From Eledone cirrhosa (taxonomy: Eukaryota): a stretch of 64,000 nucleotides of DNA. Of this stretch, positions 23,701-36,300 are shown piece by piece. The stretch lies in contig OZ024756.1 in NCBI GenBank assembly GCA_964016885.1, forward strand, positions 1,488,001 to 1,552,000, read 5' to 3'. How positions within the stretch are numbered: the stretch's first letter is position 1; every line of letters begins with the position of its first letter. A program made the position numbers and the translations under genes. A model generated the notes under the pieces. That model was not told the DNA's origin. It worked only from the letters and a program-made list of their open reading frames with translations, and did not search any database.

Positions 23701-26700
23701 TCAGTGATCTGGTCCTCTGTCTTGCTGTCTTCAGTTCATCTATGAAGTGTGCAGTGTCAGTGATCTGGTCCCCTGTCTTGCTGTCTTCAGTTCATCTATG
23801 AAGTGTGCAGTGTCAGTGATCTGGTCCTCTGTCTTGCTGTCTTCAGTTCATCTATGAAGTGTGCAGTGTCAGTGATCTGGTCCTCTGTCTTGCTGTCTTC
23901 AGTTCATCTATGAAGTGTGCAGTGTCAGTGATCTGGTCCTCTGTCTTGCTGTCTTCAGTTCATCTATGAAGTGTGCAGTGTCAGTGATCTGGTCCTCTGT
24001 CTTGCTGTCTTCAGTACATCTATGAAGTGTGCAGTGTCAGTGATCTGGTCCTCTGTGTTGCTGTCTTCAGTACATCTATGAAGTGTGCAGTGTCAGTGAT
24101 CTGGTCCTCTGTCTTGCTGTCTTCAGTTCATCTATGAAGTGTGCAGTGTCAGTGATCTGGTCCTCTGTCTTGCTGTCTTCAGTTCATCTATGAAGTGTGC
24201 AGTGTCAGTGATCTGGTCCTCTGTCTTGCTGTCTTCAGTTCATCTATGAAGTGTGCAGTGTCAGTGATCTGGTCCTCTGTCTTGCTGTCTTCAGTTCATC
24301 TATGAAGTGTGCAGTGTCAGTGATCTGGTCCTCTGTCTTGCTGTCTTCAGTTCATCTATGAAGTGTGCAGTGTCAGTGATCTGGTCCTCTGTCTTGCTGT
24401 CTTCAGTTCAACTATGAAGTGTGCAGTGTCAATGATCTGGTCCTCTGTCTTGCTGTCTTCAGTACATCTATTAAGTGTGCAGTGTCAGTGATCTGGTCCT
24501 CTGTCTTGCTGTCTTCAGTTCATCTATGAAGTGTGCAGTGTCAGTGATCTGGTCCTCTGTCTTGCTGTCTTCAGTTCATCTATGAAGTGTGCAGTGTCAG
24601 TGATCTGGTCCTCTGTCTTGCTGTCTTCAGTTCAACTATGAAGTGTGCAGTGTCAATGATCTGGTCCTCTGTCTTGCTGTCTTCAGTACATCTATTAAGT
24701 GTGCAGTGTCAGTGATCTGGTCCTCTGTCTTGCTGTCTTCAGTTCATCTATGAAGTGTGCAGTGTCAGTGATCTGGTCCTCTGTCTTGCTGTCTTCAGTT
24801 CATCTATGAAGTGTGCAGTGTCAGTGATCTGGTCCTCTGTCTTGCTGTCTTCAGTACATCTATGAAGTGTGCAGTGTCAGTGATCTGGTCCTCTGTGTTG
24901 CTGTCTTCAGTACATCTATGAAGTGTGCAGTGTCAGTGATCTGGTCCTCTGTCTTGCTGTCTTCAGTTCATCTATGAAGAGTGCAGTGTCAGTGATCTGG
25001 TCCCCTGTCTTGCTGTCTTCAGTTCATCTATGAAGTGTGCAGTGTCAGTGATCTGGTCCTCTGTCTTGCTGTCTTCAGTTCATCTATGAAGTGTGCAGTG
25101 TCAGTGATCTGGTCCTCTGTCTTGCTGTCTTCAGTTCATCTATGAAGTGTGCAGTGTCAGTGATCTGGTCCTCTGTATTGCTGTCTTCAGTTCATTTATG
25201 AAGTGTGCCGTGTCAGTGATCTGGTCCTCTGTCTTGCTGTCTTCAGTTCATCTATGAAGTGTGCAGTGTCAGTGATCTGGTCCTCTGTCTTGCTGTCTTC
25301 AGTACATCTATGAAGTGTGCAGTGTCAGTGATCTGGTCCTCTGTGTTGCTGTCTTCAGTACATCTATGAAATGTGCAGTGTCAGTGATCTGGTCCTCTGT
25401 CTTGCTGTCTTCAGTTCATCTATGAAGTGTGCAGTGTCAGTGATCTGGTCCTCTGTCTTGCTGTCTTCAGTTCATCTATGAAGTGTGCAGTGTCAGTGAT
25501 CTGGTCCTCTGTCTTGCTGTCTTCAGTTAATCTATGAAGTGTGCAGTGTCAGAGATCTCGTCCTCTGTCTTGCTGTCTTCAGTTCATCTATGAAGTGTGC
25601 AGTGTCAGTGATCTGGTCCTCTGTCTTGCTGTCTTCAGTTCATCTATGAAGTGTGCAGTGTCAGTGATCTGGTCCTCTGTCTTGCTGTCTTCAGTTCATC
25701 TATGAAGTGTGCAGTGTCAGTGATCTGGTCCTCTGTCTTGCTGTCTTCAGTACATCTATGAAGTGTGCAGTGTCAGTGATCTGGTCCCCTGTCTTGCTGT
25801 CTTCAGTTCATCTATGAAGTGTGCAGTGTCAGTGATCTGGTCCTCTGTCTTGCTCTTCAGTTCATCTATGAAGTGTGCAGTGTCAGTGATCTGGTCCTCT
25901 GTCTTGCTGTCTTCAGTTCATCTATGAAGTTTTCCGTGTCAGTGATCTGCTCCTCTGTCTTGCTGTCTTCAGTTCATCTATGAAGTGTGCAGTGTCAGTG
26001 ATCTGGTCCTCTGTCTTGCTGTCTTCAGTACATCTATGAAGTGTGCAGTGTCAGTGATCTGGTCCTCTGTGTTGCTGTCTTCAGTACATCTATGAAGTGT
26101 GCAGTGTCAGTGATCTGGTCCTCTGTCTTGCTGTCTTCAGTTCATCTATGAAGTGTGCAGTGTCAGTGATCTGGTCCTCTGTCTTGCTGTCTTCAGTTCA
26201 TCTATGAAGTGTGCAGTGTCAGTGATCTGGTCCTCTGTCTTGCTGTCTTCAGTTAATCTATGAAGTGTGCAGTGTCAGAGATCTGGTCTTCTGTCTTGCT
26301 GTCTTCAGTTCATCTATGAAGTGTGCAGTGTCAGTGATCTGGTCCTCTGTCTTGCTGTCTTCAGTTCATCTATGAAGTGTGCAGTGTCAGTGATCTGGTC
26401 CTCTGTCTTGCTGTCTTCAGTTCATCTATGAAGTGTGCAGTGTCAGTGATCTGGTCCTCTGTCTTGCTGTCTTCAGTTCATCTATGAAGTGTGCAGTGTC
26501 AGTGATCTGGTCCTCTGTCTTGCTGTCTTCAGTTCATCTATGAAGTGTGCAGTGTCAGTGATCTGGTCCTCTGTCTTGCTGTCTTCAGTTCATCTATGAA
26601 GTGTGCAGTGTCAGTGATCTGGTCCTCTGTTTTGCTGTCTTCAGTTCAACTATGAAGTGTGCAGTGTCAATGATCTGGTCCTCTGTCTTGCTGTCTTCAG

Positions 26701-29700
26701 TACATCTATTAAGTGTGCAGTGTCAGTGATCTGGTCCTCTGTCTTGCTGTCTTCAGTTCATCTATGAAGTGTGCAGTGTCAGTGATCTGGCCCTCTGTCT
26801 TGCTGTCTTCAGTTCATCTATGAAGTGTGCAGTGTCAGTGATCTGGTCCTCTGTCTTGCTGTCTTCAGTACATCTATGAAGTGTGCAGTGTCAGTGATCT
26901 GGTCCTCTGTGTTGCTGTCTTCAGTACATCTATGAAGTGTGCAGTGTCAGTGATCTGGTCCTCTGTCTTGCTGTCTTCAGTTCATCTATGAAGTGTGCAG
27001 TGTCAGTGATCTGGTCCCCTGTCTTGCTGTCTTCAGTTCATCTATGAAGTGTGCAGTGTCAGTGATCTGGTCCTCTGTCTTGCTGTCTTCAGTTCATCTA
27101 TGAAGTGTGCAGTGTCAGTGATCTGGTCCTCTGTCTTGCTGTCTTCAGTTCATCTATGAAGTGTGCAGTGTCAGTGATCTGGTCCTCTGTCTTGCTGTCT
27201 TCAGTTCATCTATGAAGTGTGCAGTGTCAGTGATCTGGTCCTCTGTCTTGCTGTCTTCAGTACATCTATGAAGTGTGCAGTGTCAGTGATCTGGTCCTCT
27301 GTGTTGCTGTCTTCAGTACATCTATGAAGTGTGCAGTGTCAGTGATCTGGTCCTCTGTCTTGCTGTCTTCAGTTCATCTATGAAGTGTGCAGTGTCAGTG
27401 ATCTGGTCCTCTGTCTTGCTGTCTTCAGTTCATCTATGAAGTGTGCAGTGTCAGTGATCTGGTCCTCTGTCTTGCTGTCTTCAGTTAATCTATGAAGTGT
27501 GCAGTGTCAGAGATCTGGTCCTCTGTCTTGCTGTCTTCAGTTCATCTATGAAGTGTGCAGTGTCAGTGATCTGGTCCTCTGTCTTGCTGTCTTCAGTTCA
27601 TCTATGAAGTGTGCAGTGTCAGTGATCTGGTCCTCTGTCTTGCTGTCTTCAGTTCATCTATGAAGTGTGCAGTGTCAGTGATCTGGTCCTCTGTCTTGCT
27701 GTCTTCAGTACATCTATGAAGTGTGCAGTGTCAGTGATCTGGTCCTCTGTGTTGCTGTCTTCAGTACATCTATGAAGTGTGCAGTGTCAGTGATCTGGTC
27801 CTCTGTCTTGCTGTCTTCAGTTCATCTATGAAGTGTGCAGTGTCAGTGATCTGGTCCCCTGTCTTGCTGTCTTCATTTCATCTATGAAGTGTGCAGTGTC
27901 AGTGATCTGGTCCTCTGTCTTGCTGTCTTCAGTTCATCTATGAAGTGTGCAGTGTCAGTGATCTGGTCCTCTGTCTTGCTGTCTTCAGTTCATCTATGAA
28001 GTGTGCAGTGTCAGTGATCTGGTCCTCTGTCTTGCTGTCTTCAGTTCATCTATGAAGTGTGCCGTGTCAGTGATCTGGTCCTCTGTCTTGCTGTCTTCAG
28101 TTCATCTATGAAGTGTGCAGTGTCAGTGATCTGGTCCTCTGTCTTGCTGTCTTCAGTACATCTATGAAGTGTGCAGTGTCAGTGATCTGGTCCTCTGTGT
28201 TGCTGTCTTCAGTACATCTATGAAGTGTGCAGTGTCAGTGATCTGGTCCTCTGTCTTGCTGTCTTCAGTTCATCTATGAAGTGTGCAGTGTCAGTGATCT
28301 GGTCCTCTGTCTTGCTGTCTTCAGTTCATCTATGAAGTGTGCAGTGTCAGTGATCTGGTCCTCTGTCTTGCTGTCTTCAGTTAATCTATGAAGTGTGCAG
28401 TGTCAGAGATCTGGTCCTCTGTCTTGCTGTCTTCAGTTCATCTATGAAGTGTGCAGTGTCAGTGATCTGGTCCTCTGTCTTGCTGTCTTCAGTTCATCTA
28501 TGAAGTGTGCAGTGTCAGTGATCTGGTCCTCTGTCTTGCTGTCTTCAGTTCATCTATGAAGTGTGCAGTGTCAGTGATCTGGTCCTCTGTCTTGCTGTCT
28601 TCAGTACATCTATGAAGTGTGCAGTGTCAGTGATCTGGTCCTCTGTCTTGCTGTCTTCAGTTCATCTATGAAGTGTGCAGTGTCAGTGATCTGGTCCTCT
28701 GTCTTGCTGTCTTCAGTTCAACTATGAAGTGTGCAGTGTCAATGATCTGGTCCTCTGTCTTGCTGTCTTCAGTACATCTATTAAGTGTGCAGTGTCAGTG
28801 ATCTGGTCCTCTGTCTTGCTGTCTTCAGTTCATCTATGAAGTGTGCAGTGTCAGTGATCTGGTCCTCTGTCTTGCTGTCTTCAGTTCATCTATGAAGTGT
28901 GCAGTGTCAGTGATCTGGTCCTCTGTCTTGCTGTCTTCAGTTCATCTATGAAGTGTGCAGTGTCAGTGATCTGGTCCTCTGTCTTGCTGTCTTCAGTTCA
29001 ACTATGAAGTGTGCAGTGTCAATGATCTGGTCCTCTGTCTTGCTGTCTTCAGTACATCTATTAAGTGTGCAGTGTCAGTGATCTGGTCCTCTGTCTTGCT
29101 GTCTTCAGTTCATCTATGAAGTGTGCAGTGTCAGTGATCTGGTCCTCTGTCTTGCTGTCTTCAGTTCATCTATGAAGTGTGCAGTGTCAGTGATCTGGTC
29201 CTCTGTCTTGCTGTCTTCAGTACATCTATGAAGTGTGCAGTGTCAGTGATCTGGTCCTCTGTGTTGCTGTCTTCAGTACATCTATGAAGTGTGCAGTGTC
29301 AGTGATCTGGTCCTCTGTCTTGCTGTCTTCAGTTCATCTATGAAGTGTGCAGTGTCAGTGATCTGGTCCCCTGTCTTGCTGTCTTCAGTTCATCTATGAA
29401 GTGTGCAGTGTCAGTGATCTGGTCCTCTGTCTTGCTGTCTTCAGTTCATCTATGAAGTGTGCAGTGTCAGTGATCTGGTCCTCTGTCTTGCTGTCTTCAG
29501 TTCATCTATGAAGTGTGCAGTGTCAGTGATCTGGTCCTCTGTATTGCTGTCTTCAGTTCATTTATGAAGTGTGCCGTGTCAGTGATCTGGTCCTCTGTCT
29601 TGCTGTCTTCAGTTCATCTATGAAGTGTGCAGTGTCAGTGATCTGGTCCTCTGTCTTGCTGTCTTCAGTACATCTATGAAGTGTGCAGTGTCAGTGATCT

Positions 29701-30200
29701 GGTCCTCTGTGTTGCTGTCTTCAGTACATCTATGAAGTGTGCAGTGTCAGTGATCTGGTCCTCTGTCTTGCTGTCTTCAGTTCATCTATGAAGTGTGCAG
29801 TGTCAGTGATCTGGTCCTCTGTCTTGCTGTCTTCAGTTCATCTATGAAGTGTGCAGTGTCAGTGATCTGGTCCTCTGTCTTGCTGTCTTCAGTTAATCTA
29901 TGAAGTGTGCAGTGTCAGAGATCTCGTCCTCTGTCTTGCTGTCTTCAGTTCATCTATGAAGTGTGCAGTGTCAGTGATCTGGTCCTCTGTCTTGCTGTCT
30001 TCAGTTCATCTATGAAGTGTGCAGTGTCAGTGATCTGGTCCTCTGTCTTGCTGTCTTCAGTTCATCTATGAAGTGTGCAGTGTCAGTGATCTGGTCCTCT
30101 GTCTTGCTGTCTTCAGTACATCTATGAAGTGTGCAGTGTCAGTGATCTGGTCCTCTGTCTTGCTGTCTTCAGTTCATCTATGAAGTGTGCAGTGTCAGTG
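20777..30200. repeat. Array domain B: subfamily dominated by the GTTCAT allele
   Basis: Diagnostic variants are TTCAACTA/GTCAATG/CTATTAAG, CTGTGTTG, GTCCCCTG, GTTAATC+CAGAGATC and 2-bp deletions at about 22608 and 25854. The main domain-A markers (AGGG, CCAAGAA, GTCGTCGG) are absent. The right boundary is gradual and approximate. Confidence 0.8.
21200..27450. repeat. Tandem duplication with a 3,246-bp (58 monomers minus 2 bp) period
   Basis: AAGAGTGC 21731/24977, the 2-bp deletion 22608/25854, AAGTTTTCCG 22681/25927 and CTGGCCCT 23541/26787 are all offset by 3246. Ends are approximate. Confidence 0.9.
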
Positions 30201-33200
30201 ATCAGGTCCTCTGTCTTGCTGTCTTCAGTTCATCTATGAAGTGTGCAGTGTCAGTGATCTGGTCCTCTGTCTTGCTGTCTTCAGTTCATCTATGAAGTGT
30301 GCAGTGTCAGTGATCTGGTCCTCTGTCTTGCTGTCTTCAGTTCATCTATGAAGTGTGCCGTGTCAGTGATCTGGTCCTCTGTCTTGCTGTCTTCAGTTCA
30401 TCTATGAAGTGTGCAGTGTCAGTGATCTGGTCCTCTGTCTTGCTGTCTTCAGTACATCTATGAAGTGTGCAGTGTCAGTGATCTGGTCCTCTGTGTTGCT
30501 GTCTTCAGTACATCTGTGAAGTGTGCAGTGTCAGTGATCTGGTCCTCTGTCTTGCTGTCTTCAGTTCATCTATGAAGTGTGCAGTGTCAGTGATCTGGTC
30601 CCCTGTCTTGCTGTCTTCAGTTCATCTATGAAGTGTGCAGTGTCAGTGATCTGGTCCTCTGTCTTGCTGTCTTCAGTTCATCTATGAAGTGTGCAGTGTC
30701 AGTCATCTGGTCCTCTGTCTTGCTGTCTTCAATTCATCTATGAAGTGTGCAGTGTCAGTGATCTGGTCCTCTGTCTTGCTGTCTTCAGTACATCTATGAA
30801 GTGTGCAGTGTCAGTGATCTGGTCCTCTGTCTTGCTGTCTTCAGTACATCTATGAAGTGTGCAGTGTCAGTGATCTGGTCCTCTGTATTGCTGTCTTCAG
30901 TTCATCTATGAAGTGTGCAGTGTCAGTGATCTGGTCCTCTGTCTTGCTGTCTTCAGTACATCTATGAAGTGTGCAGTGTCAGTGATCTGGTCCTCTGTCT
31001 TGCTGTCTTCAGTACATCTATGAAGTGTGCAGTGTCAGTGATCTGGTCCTCTGTCTTGTTGTCTTCAGTTCATCTATGAAGTGTGCAGTGTCAGTGATCT
31101 GGTCCTCTGTCTTGCTGTCTTCAGTACATTTATGAAGTGTGTAGTGTCAGTGATCTGGTCCTCTATCTTGCTGTCTTCAGTTCATCTATGAAGTGTGCAG
31201 TGTCAGTGATCTGGTCCTCCGTCTTGCTGTCTTCAGTTCATCTATGAAGTGTGCAGTGTCAGTGATCTGGTCCTCCGTCTTGCTGTCTTCAGTACATCTA
31301 TGAAGTGTGCAGTGTCAGTGATCTGGTCCTCTGTCTTGCTGTCTTCAGTACATCTATGAATTGTGCAGTGTCAGTGATCTGGTCCTCTGTCTTGCTGTCT
31401 TCAGTACATCTATGAAGTGTGCAGTGTCAATGATCTGGTCCTCTGTCTTGCTGACTTCAGTACATCTATGAAGTGTGCAGTGTCAGTGATCTGGTCCTCC
31501 GTCTTGCTGTCTTCAGTTCATCTATGAAGTGTGCAGTGTCAGTGATCTGGTCCTCCGTCTTGCTGTCTTCAGTACATCTATGAAGTGTGCAGTGTCAGTG
31601 ATCTGGTCCTCTGTCTTGCTGTCTTCAGTACATCTATGAAGTGTGCAGTGTCAGTGATCTGGTCCTCCGTCTTGCTGTCTTCATTTCATCTATGAAGTGT
31701 GCAGTGTCAGTGATCTGGTCCTCCGTCTTGCTGTCTTCAGTTCATCTATGAAGTGTGCAGTGGCAGTGATCTGGTCCCCTGTCTTGCTGTCTTCAGTACA
31801 TCTATGAAGTGTGCAGTGTCAGTGATCTGGTCCTCTGTCTTGCTGTCTTCAGTTCATCTATGAAGTGTGCAGTGTCAGTGATCTGGTCCTCTGTCTTGCT
31901 GTCTTCAGTACATCTATGAAGTGTGCAGTGTCAGTGATCTGGTCCTCTGTCTTGCTGTCTTCAGTACATCTATGAAGTGTGCAGTGTCAGTGATCTGGTC
32001 CTCTGTGTTGCTGTCTTCAGTACATCTATGAAGTGTGCAGTGTCAGTGATCTGGTCCTCTGTCTTGCTGTCTTCAGTTCATCTATGAAGTGTGCAGTGTC
32101 AGTGATCTGGTCCCCTGTCTTGCTGTCTTCAGTTCATCTATGAAGTGTGCAGTGTCAGTGATCTGGTCCTCTGTCTTGCTGTCTTCAGTTCATCTATGAA
32201 GTGTGCAGTGTCAGTCATCTGGTCCTCCGTCTTGCTGTCTTCAGTTCATCTATGAAGTGTGCAGTGTCAGTGATCTGGTCCTCCGTCTTGCTGTCTTCAG
32301 TACATCTATGAAGTGTGCAGTGTCAGTGATCTGGTCCTCTGTCTTGCTGTCTTCAGTACATCTATGAAGTGTGCAGTGTCAGTGATCTGGTCCTCTGTCT
32401 TGCTGTCTTCAGTACATCTATTAAGTGTGCAGTGTCAATGATCTGTTCCTCTGTCTTGCTGACTTCAGTACATCTATGAAGTGTGCAGTGTCAGTGATCT
32501 GGTCCTCTGTCTTGCTGTCTTCAGTACATCTATGAAGTGTGCAGTGTCAGTGATCTGGTCCTCTGTCTTGCTGTCTTCAGTACATCTATGAAGTGTGCAG
32601 TGTCAGTGATCTGGTCCTCTGTCTTGCTGTCTTCAGTACATCTATGAAGTGTGCAGTGTCAATGATCTGGTCCTCTGTGTTGCTGACTTCAGTACATCTA
32701 TGAAGTGTGCAGTGTCAGTGATCTGGTCCTCCGTCTTGCTGTCTTCAGTTCATCTATGAAGTGTGCAGTGTCAGTGATCTGGTCCTCCGTCTTGCTGTCT
32801 TCAGTACATCTATGAAGTGTGCAGTGTCAGTCATCTGGTCCTCTGTCTTGCTGTCTTTTAGTACATCTATGAAGTGTGCAGTGTCAGTGATCTGGTCCTC
32901 CGTCTTGCTGTCTTCAGTTCATCTATGAAGTGTGCAGTGTCAGTGATCTGGTCCTCTGTCTTGCTGTCTTCAGTTCATCTATGAAGTGTGCAGTGTCAGT
33001 GATCTGGTCCTCTGTCTTGCTGTCTTCAGTTCAACTATGAAGTGTGCAGTGTCAATGATCTGGACCTCTGTCTTGCTGTCTTCAGTACATCTATTAAGTG
33101 TGCAGTGTCAGTGATCTGGTCCTCTGTCTTGCTGTCTTCAGTTCATCTATGAAGTGTGCAGTGTCAGTGATCTGGTCCTCTGTCTTGCTGTCTTCAGTTC

Positions 33201-33399
33201 ATCTATGAAGTGTGCAGTGTCAGTGATCTGGTACTCTGTCTTGCTGTCTTCAGTACATCTATGAAGTGTGCAGTGTCAATGATCTGGTCCTCTGTCTTGC
33301 TGACTTCAGTACATCTATGAAGTGTGCAGTGTCAGTGATCTGGTCCTCTGTCTTGCTGTCTTCAGTACATCTATGAAGTGTGCAGTGTCAGTGATCTGG

Positions 33400-36300
33400 T
33401 CCTCTGTCTTGCTGTCTTCAGTACATCTATGAAGTGTGCAGTGTCAGTGATCTGGTCCTCTGTGTTGCTGTCTTCAGTACATCTATGAAGTGTGCAGTGT
33501 CAGTGATCTGGTCCTCTGTCTTGCTGTCTTCAGTACATTTATGAAGTGTGCAGTGTCAGTGATCTGGTACTCTGTCTTGCTGTCTTCAGTACATCTATGA
33601 AGTGTGCAGTGTCAATGATCTGGTCCTCTGTCTTGCTGACTTCAGTACATCTATGAAGTGTGCAGTGTCAGTGATCTGGTCCTCCGTCTTGCTGTCTTCA
33701 GTTCATCTATGAAGTGTGCAGTGTCAGTGATCTGGTCCTCCGTCTTGCTGTCTTCAGTACATCTATGAAGTGTGCAGTGTCAGTGATCTGGTCCTCTGTC
33801 TTGCTGTCTTCAGTACATTTATGAAGTGTGTAGTGTCAGTGATCTGGTCCTCTATCTTGCTGTCTTCAGTTCATCTATGAAGTGTGCAGTGTCAGTGATC
33901 TGGTCCTCCGTCTTGCTTTCTTCAGTTCATCTATGAAGTGTGCAGTGTCAGTGATCTGGTCCTCCGTCTTGCTGTCTTCAGTACATCTATGAAGTGTGCA
34001 GTGTCAGTGATCTGGTCCTCTGTCTTGCTGTCTTCAGTACATCTATGAAGTGTGCAGTGTCAGTGATCTGGTCCTCTGTCTTGCTGTCTTCAGTACATCT
34101 ATGAAGTGTGCAGTGTCAATGATCTGGTCCTCTGTGTTGCTGACTTCAGTACATCTATGAAGTGTGCAGTGTCAGTGATCTGGTCCTCCGTCTTGCTGTC
34201 TTCAGTTCATCTATGAAGTGTGCAGTGTCAGTGATCTGGTCCTCCGTCTTGCTGTCTTCAGTACATCTATGAAGTGTGCAGTGTCAGTCATCTGGTCCTC
34301 TGTCTTGCTGTCCTTTAGTACATCTATGAAGTGTGCAGTGTCAGTGATCTGGTCCTCCGTCTTGCTGTCTTCAGTTCATCTATGAAGTGTGCAGTGTCAG
34401 TGATCTGGTCCTCTGTCTTGCTGTCTTCAGTTCATCTATGAAGTGGGCAGTGTCAGTGATCTGGTCCTCTGTCTAGCTGTCTTCAGTTCATCTATGAAGT
34501 GTGCAGTGTCAGTGATCTGGTCCTCTGTCTTGCTGTCTTCAGTTCATCTATGAAGTGTGCAGTGTCAGTGATCTGGTCCTCTGTCTTGCTGTCTTCAGTT
34601 CATCTATGAAGTGTGCAGTGTCAGTGATCTGGTCCTCTGTCTTGCTGTCTTCAGTACATCTATGAAGTGTGCAGTGTCAGTGATCTGGTCCTCTGTCTTG
34701 CTGTCTTCAGTACATCTATGAAGTGTGCAGTGTCAGAGATCTGGTCCTCTGTCTTGCTGTCTTCAGTTCATCTATGAAGTGTGCAGTGTCAGTGATCTGG
34801 TCCTCTGTCTTGCTGTCTTCAGTACATCTATGAAGTGTGCAGTGTCAGTGATCTGGTCCTCTGTCTTGCTGTCTTCAGTACATCTATGAAGTGTGCAGTG
34901 TCAGTGATCTGGTCCTCTGTCTTGTTGTCTTCAGTTCATCTATGAAGTGTGCAGTGTCAGTGATCTGGTCCTCTGTCTTGCTGTCTTCAGTTCATGTATG
35001 AAGTGTGCAGTGTCAGTGATCTGGTCCTCTGTCTTGCTGTCTTCAGTACATCTATGAAGTGTGCAGTGTCAGTGATCTGGTCCTCTCTCTTGCTGTCTTC
35101 AGTTCATCTATGAAGTGTGCAGTGTCAGTGATCTGGTCCTCTGTCTTGCTGTCTTCAGTTCATCTATGAAGTGTGCAGTGTCAGTGATCTGGTCCTCTGT
35201 CTTGCTGTCTTCAGTACATCTATGAAGTGTGCAGTGTCTGTGATCTGGTCCTCTGTGTTGCTGTCTTCAGTACATCTATGAAGTGTGCAGTGTCAGTGAT
35301 CTGGTCCTCTGTCTTGCTGTCTTCAGTACATCTATGAAGTGTGCAGTGTCAGTGATCTGGTCCTCTGTCTTGCTGTCTTCAGTACATCTATGAAGTGTGC
35401 AGTGTCAGTGATCTGGTCCTCTGTCTTGCTGTCTTCAGTACATCTATGAAGTGTGCAGTGTCAGTGATCTGGTCCTCTGTCTTGCTGTCTTCAGTTCATC
35501 TATGAAGTGTGCAGTGTCAGTGATCTGGTCCTCTGTCTTGCTGTCTTCAGTTCAACTATGAAGTGTGCAGTGTCAATGATCTGGTCCTCTGTCTTGCTGT
35601 CTTCAGTACATCTATTAAGTGTGCAGTGTCAGTGATCTGGTCCTCTGTCTTGCTGTCTTCAGTTCATCTATGAAGTGTGCAGTGTCAGTGATCTGGTCCT
35701 CTGTCTTGCTGTCTTCAGTTCATCTATGAAGTGTGCAGTGTCAGTGATCTGGTACTCTGTCTTGCTGTCTTCAGTACATCTATGAAGTGTGCAGTGTCAA
35801 TGATCTGGTCCTCTGTCTTGCTGACTTCAGTACATCTATGAAGTGTGCAGTGTCAGTGATCTGGTCCTCTGTCTTGCTGTCTTCAGTACATCTATGAAGT
35901 GTGCAGTGTCAGTGATCTGGTCCTCTGTCTTGCTGTCTTCAGTACATCTATGAAGTGTGCAGTGTCAGTGATCTGGTCCTCTGTCTTGCTGTCTTCAGTA
36001 CATCTATGAAGTGTGCAGTGTCAATGATCTGGTCCTCTGTGTTGCTGACTTCAGTACATCTATGAAGTGTGCAGTGTCAGTGATCTGGTCCTCCGTCTTG
36101 CTGTCTTCAGTTCATCTATGAAGTGTGCAGTGTCAGTGATCTGGTCCTCCGTCTTGCTGTCTTCAGTACATCTATGAAGTGTGCAGTGTCAGTCATCTGG
36201 TCCTCTGTCTTGCTGTCTTTTAGTACATCTATGAAGTGTGCAGTGTCAGTGATCTGGTCCTCCGTCTTGCTGTCTTCAGTTCATCTATGAAGTGTGCAGT

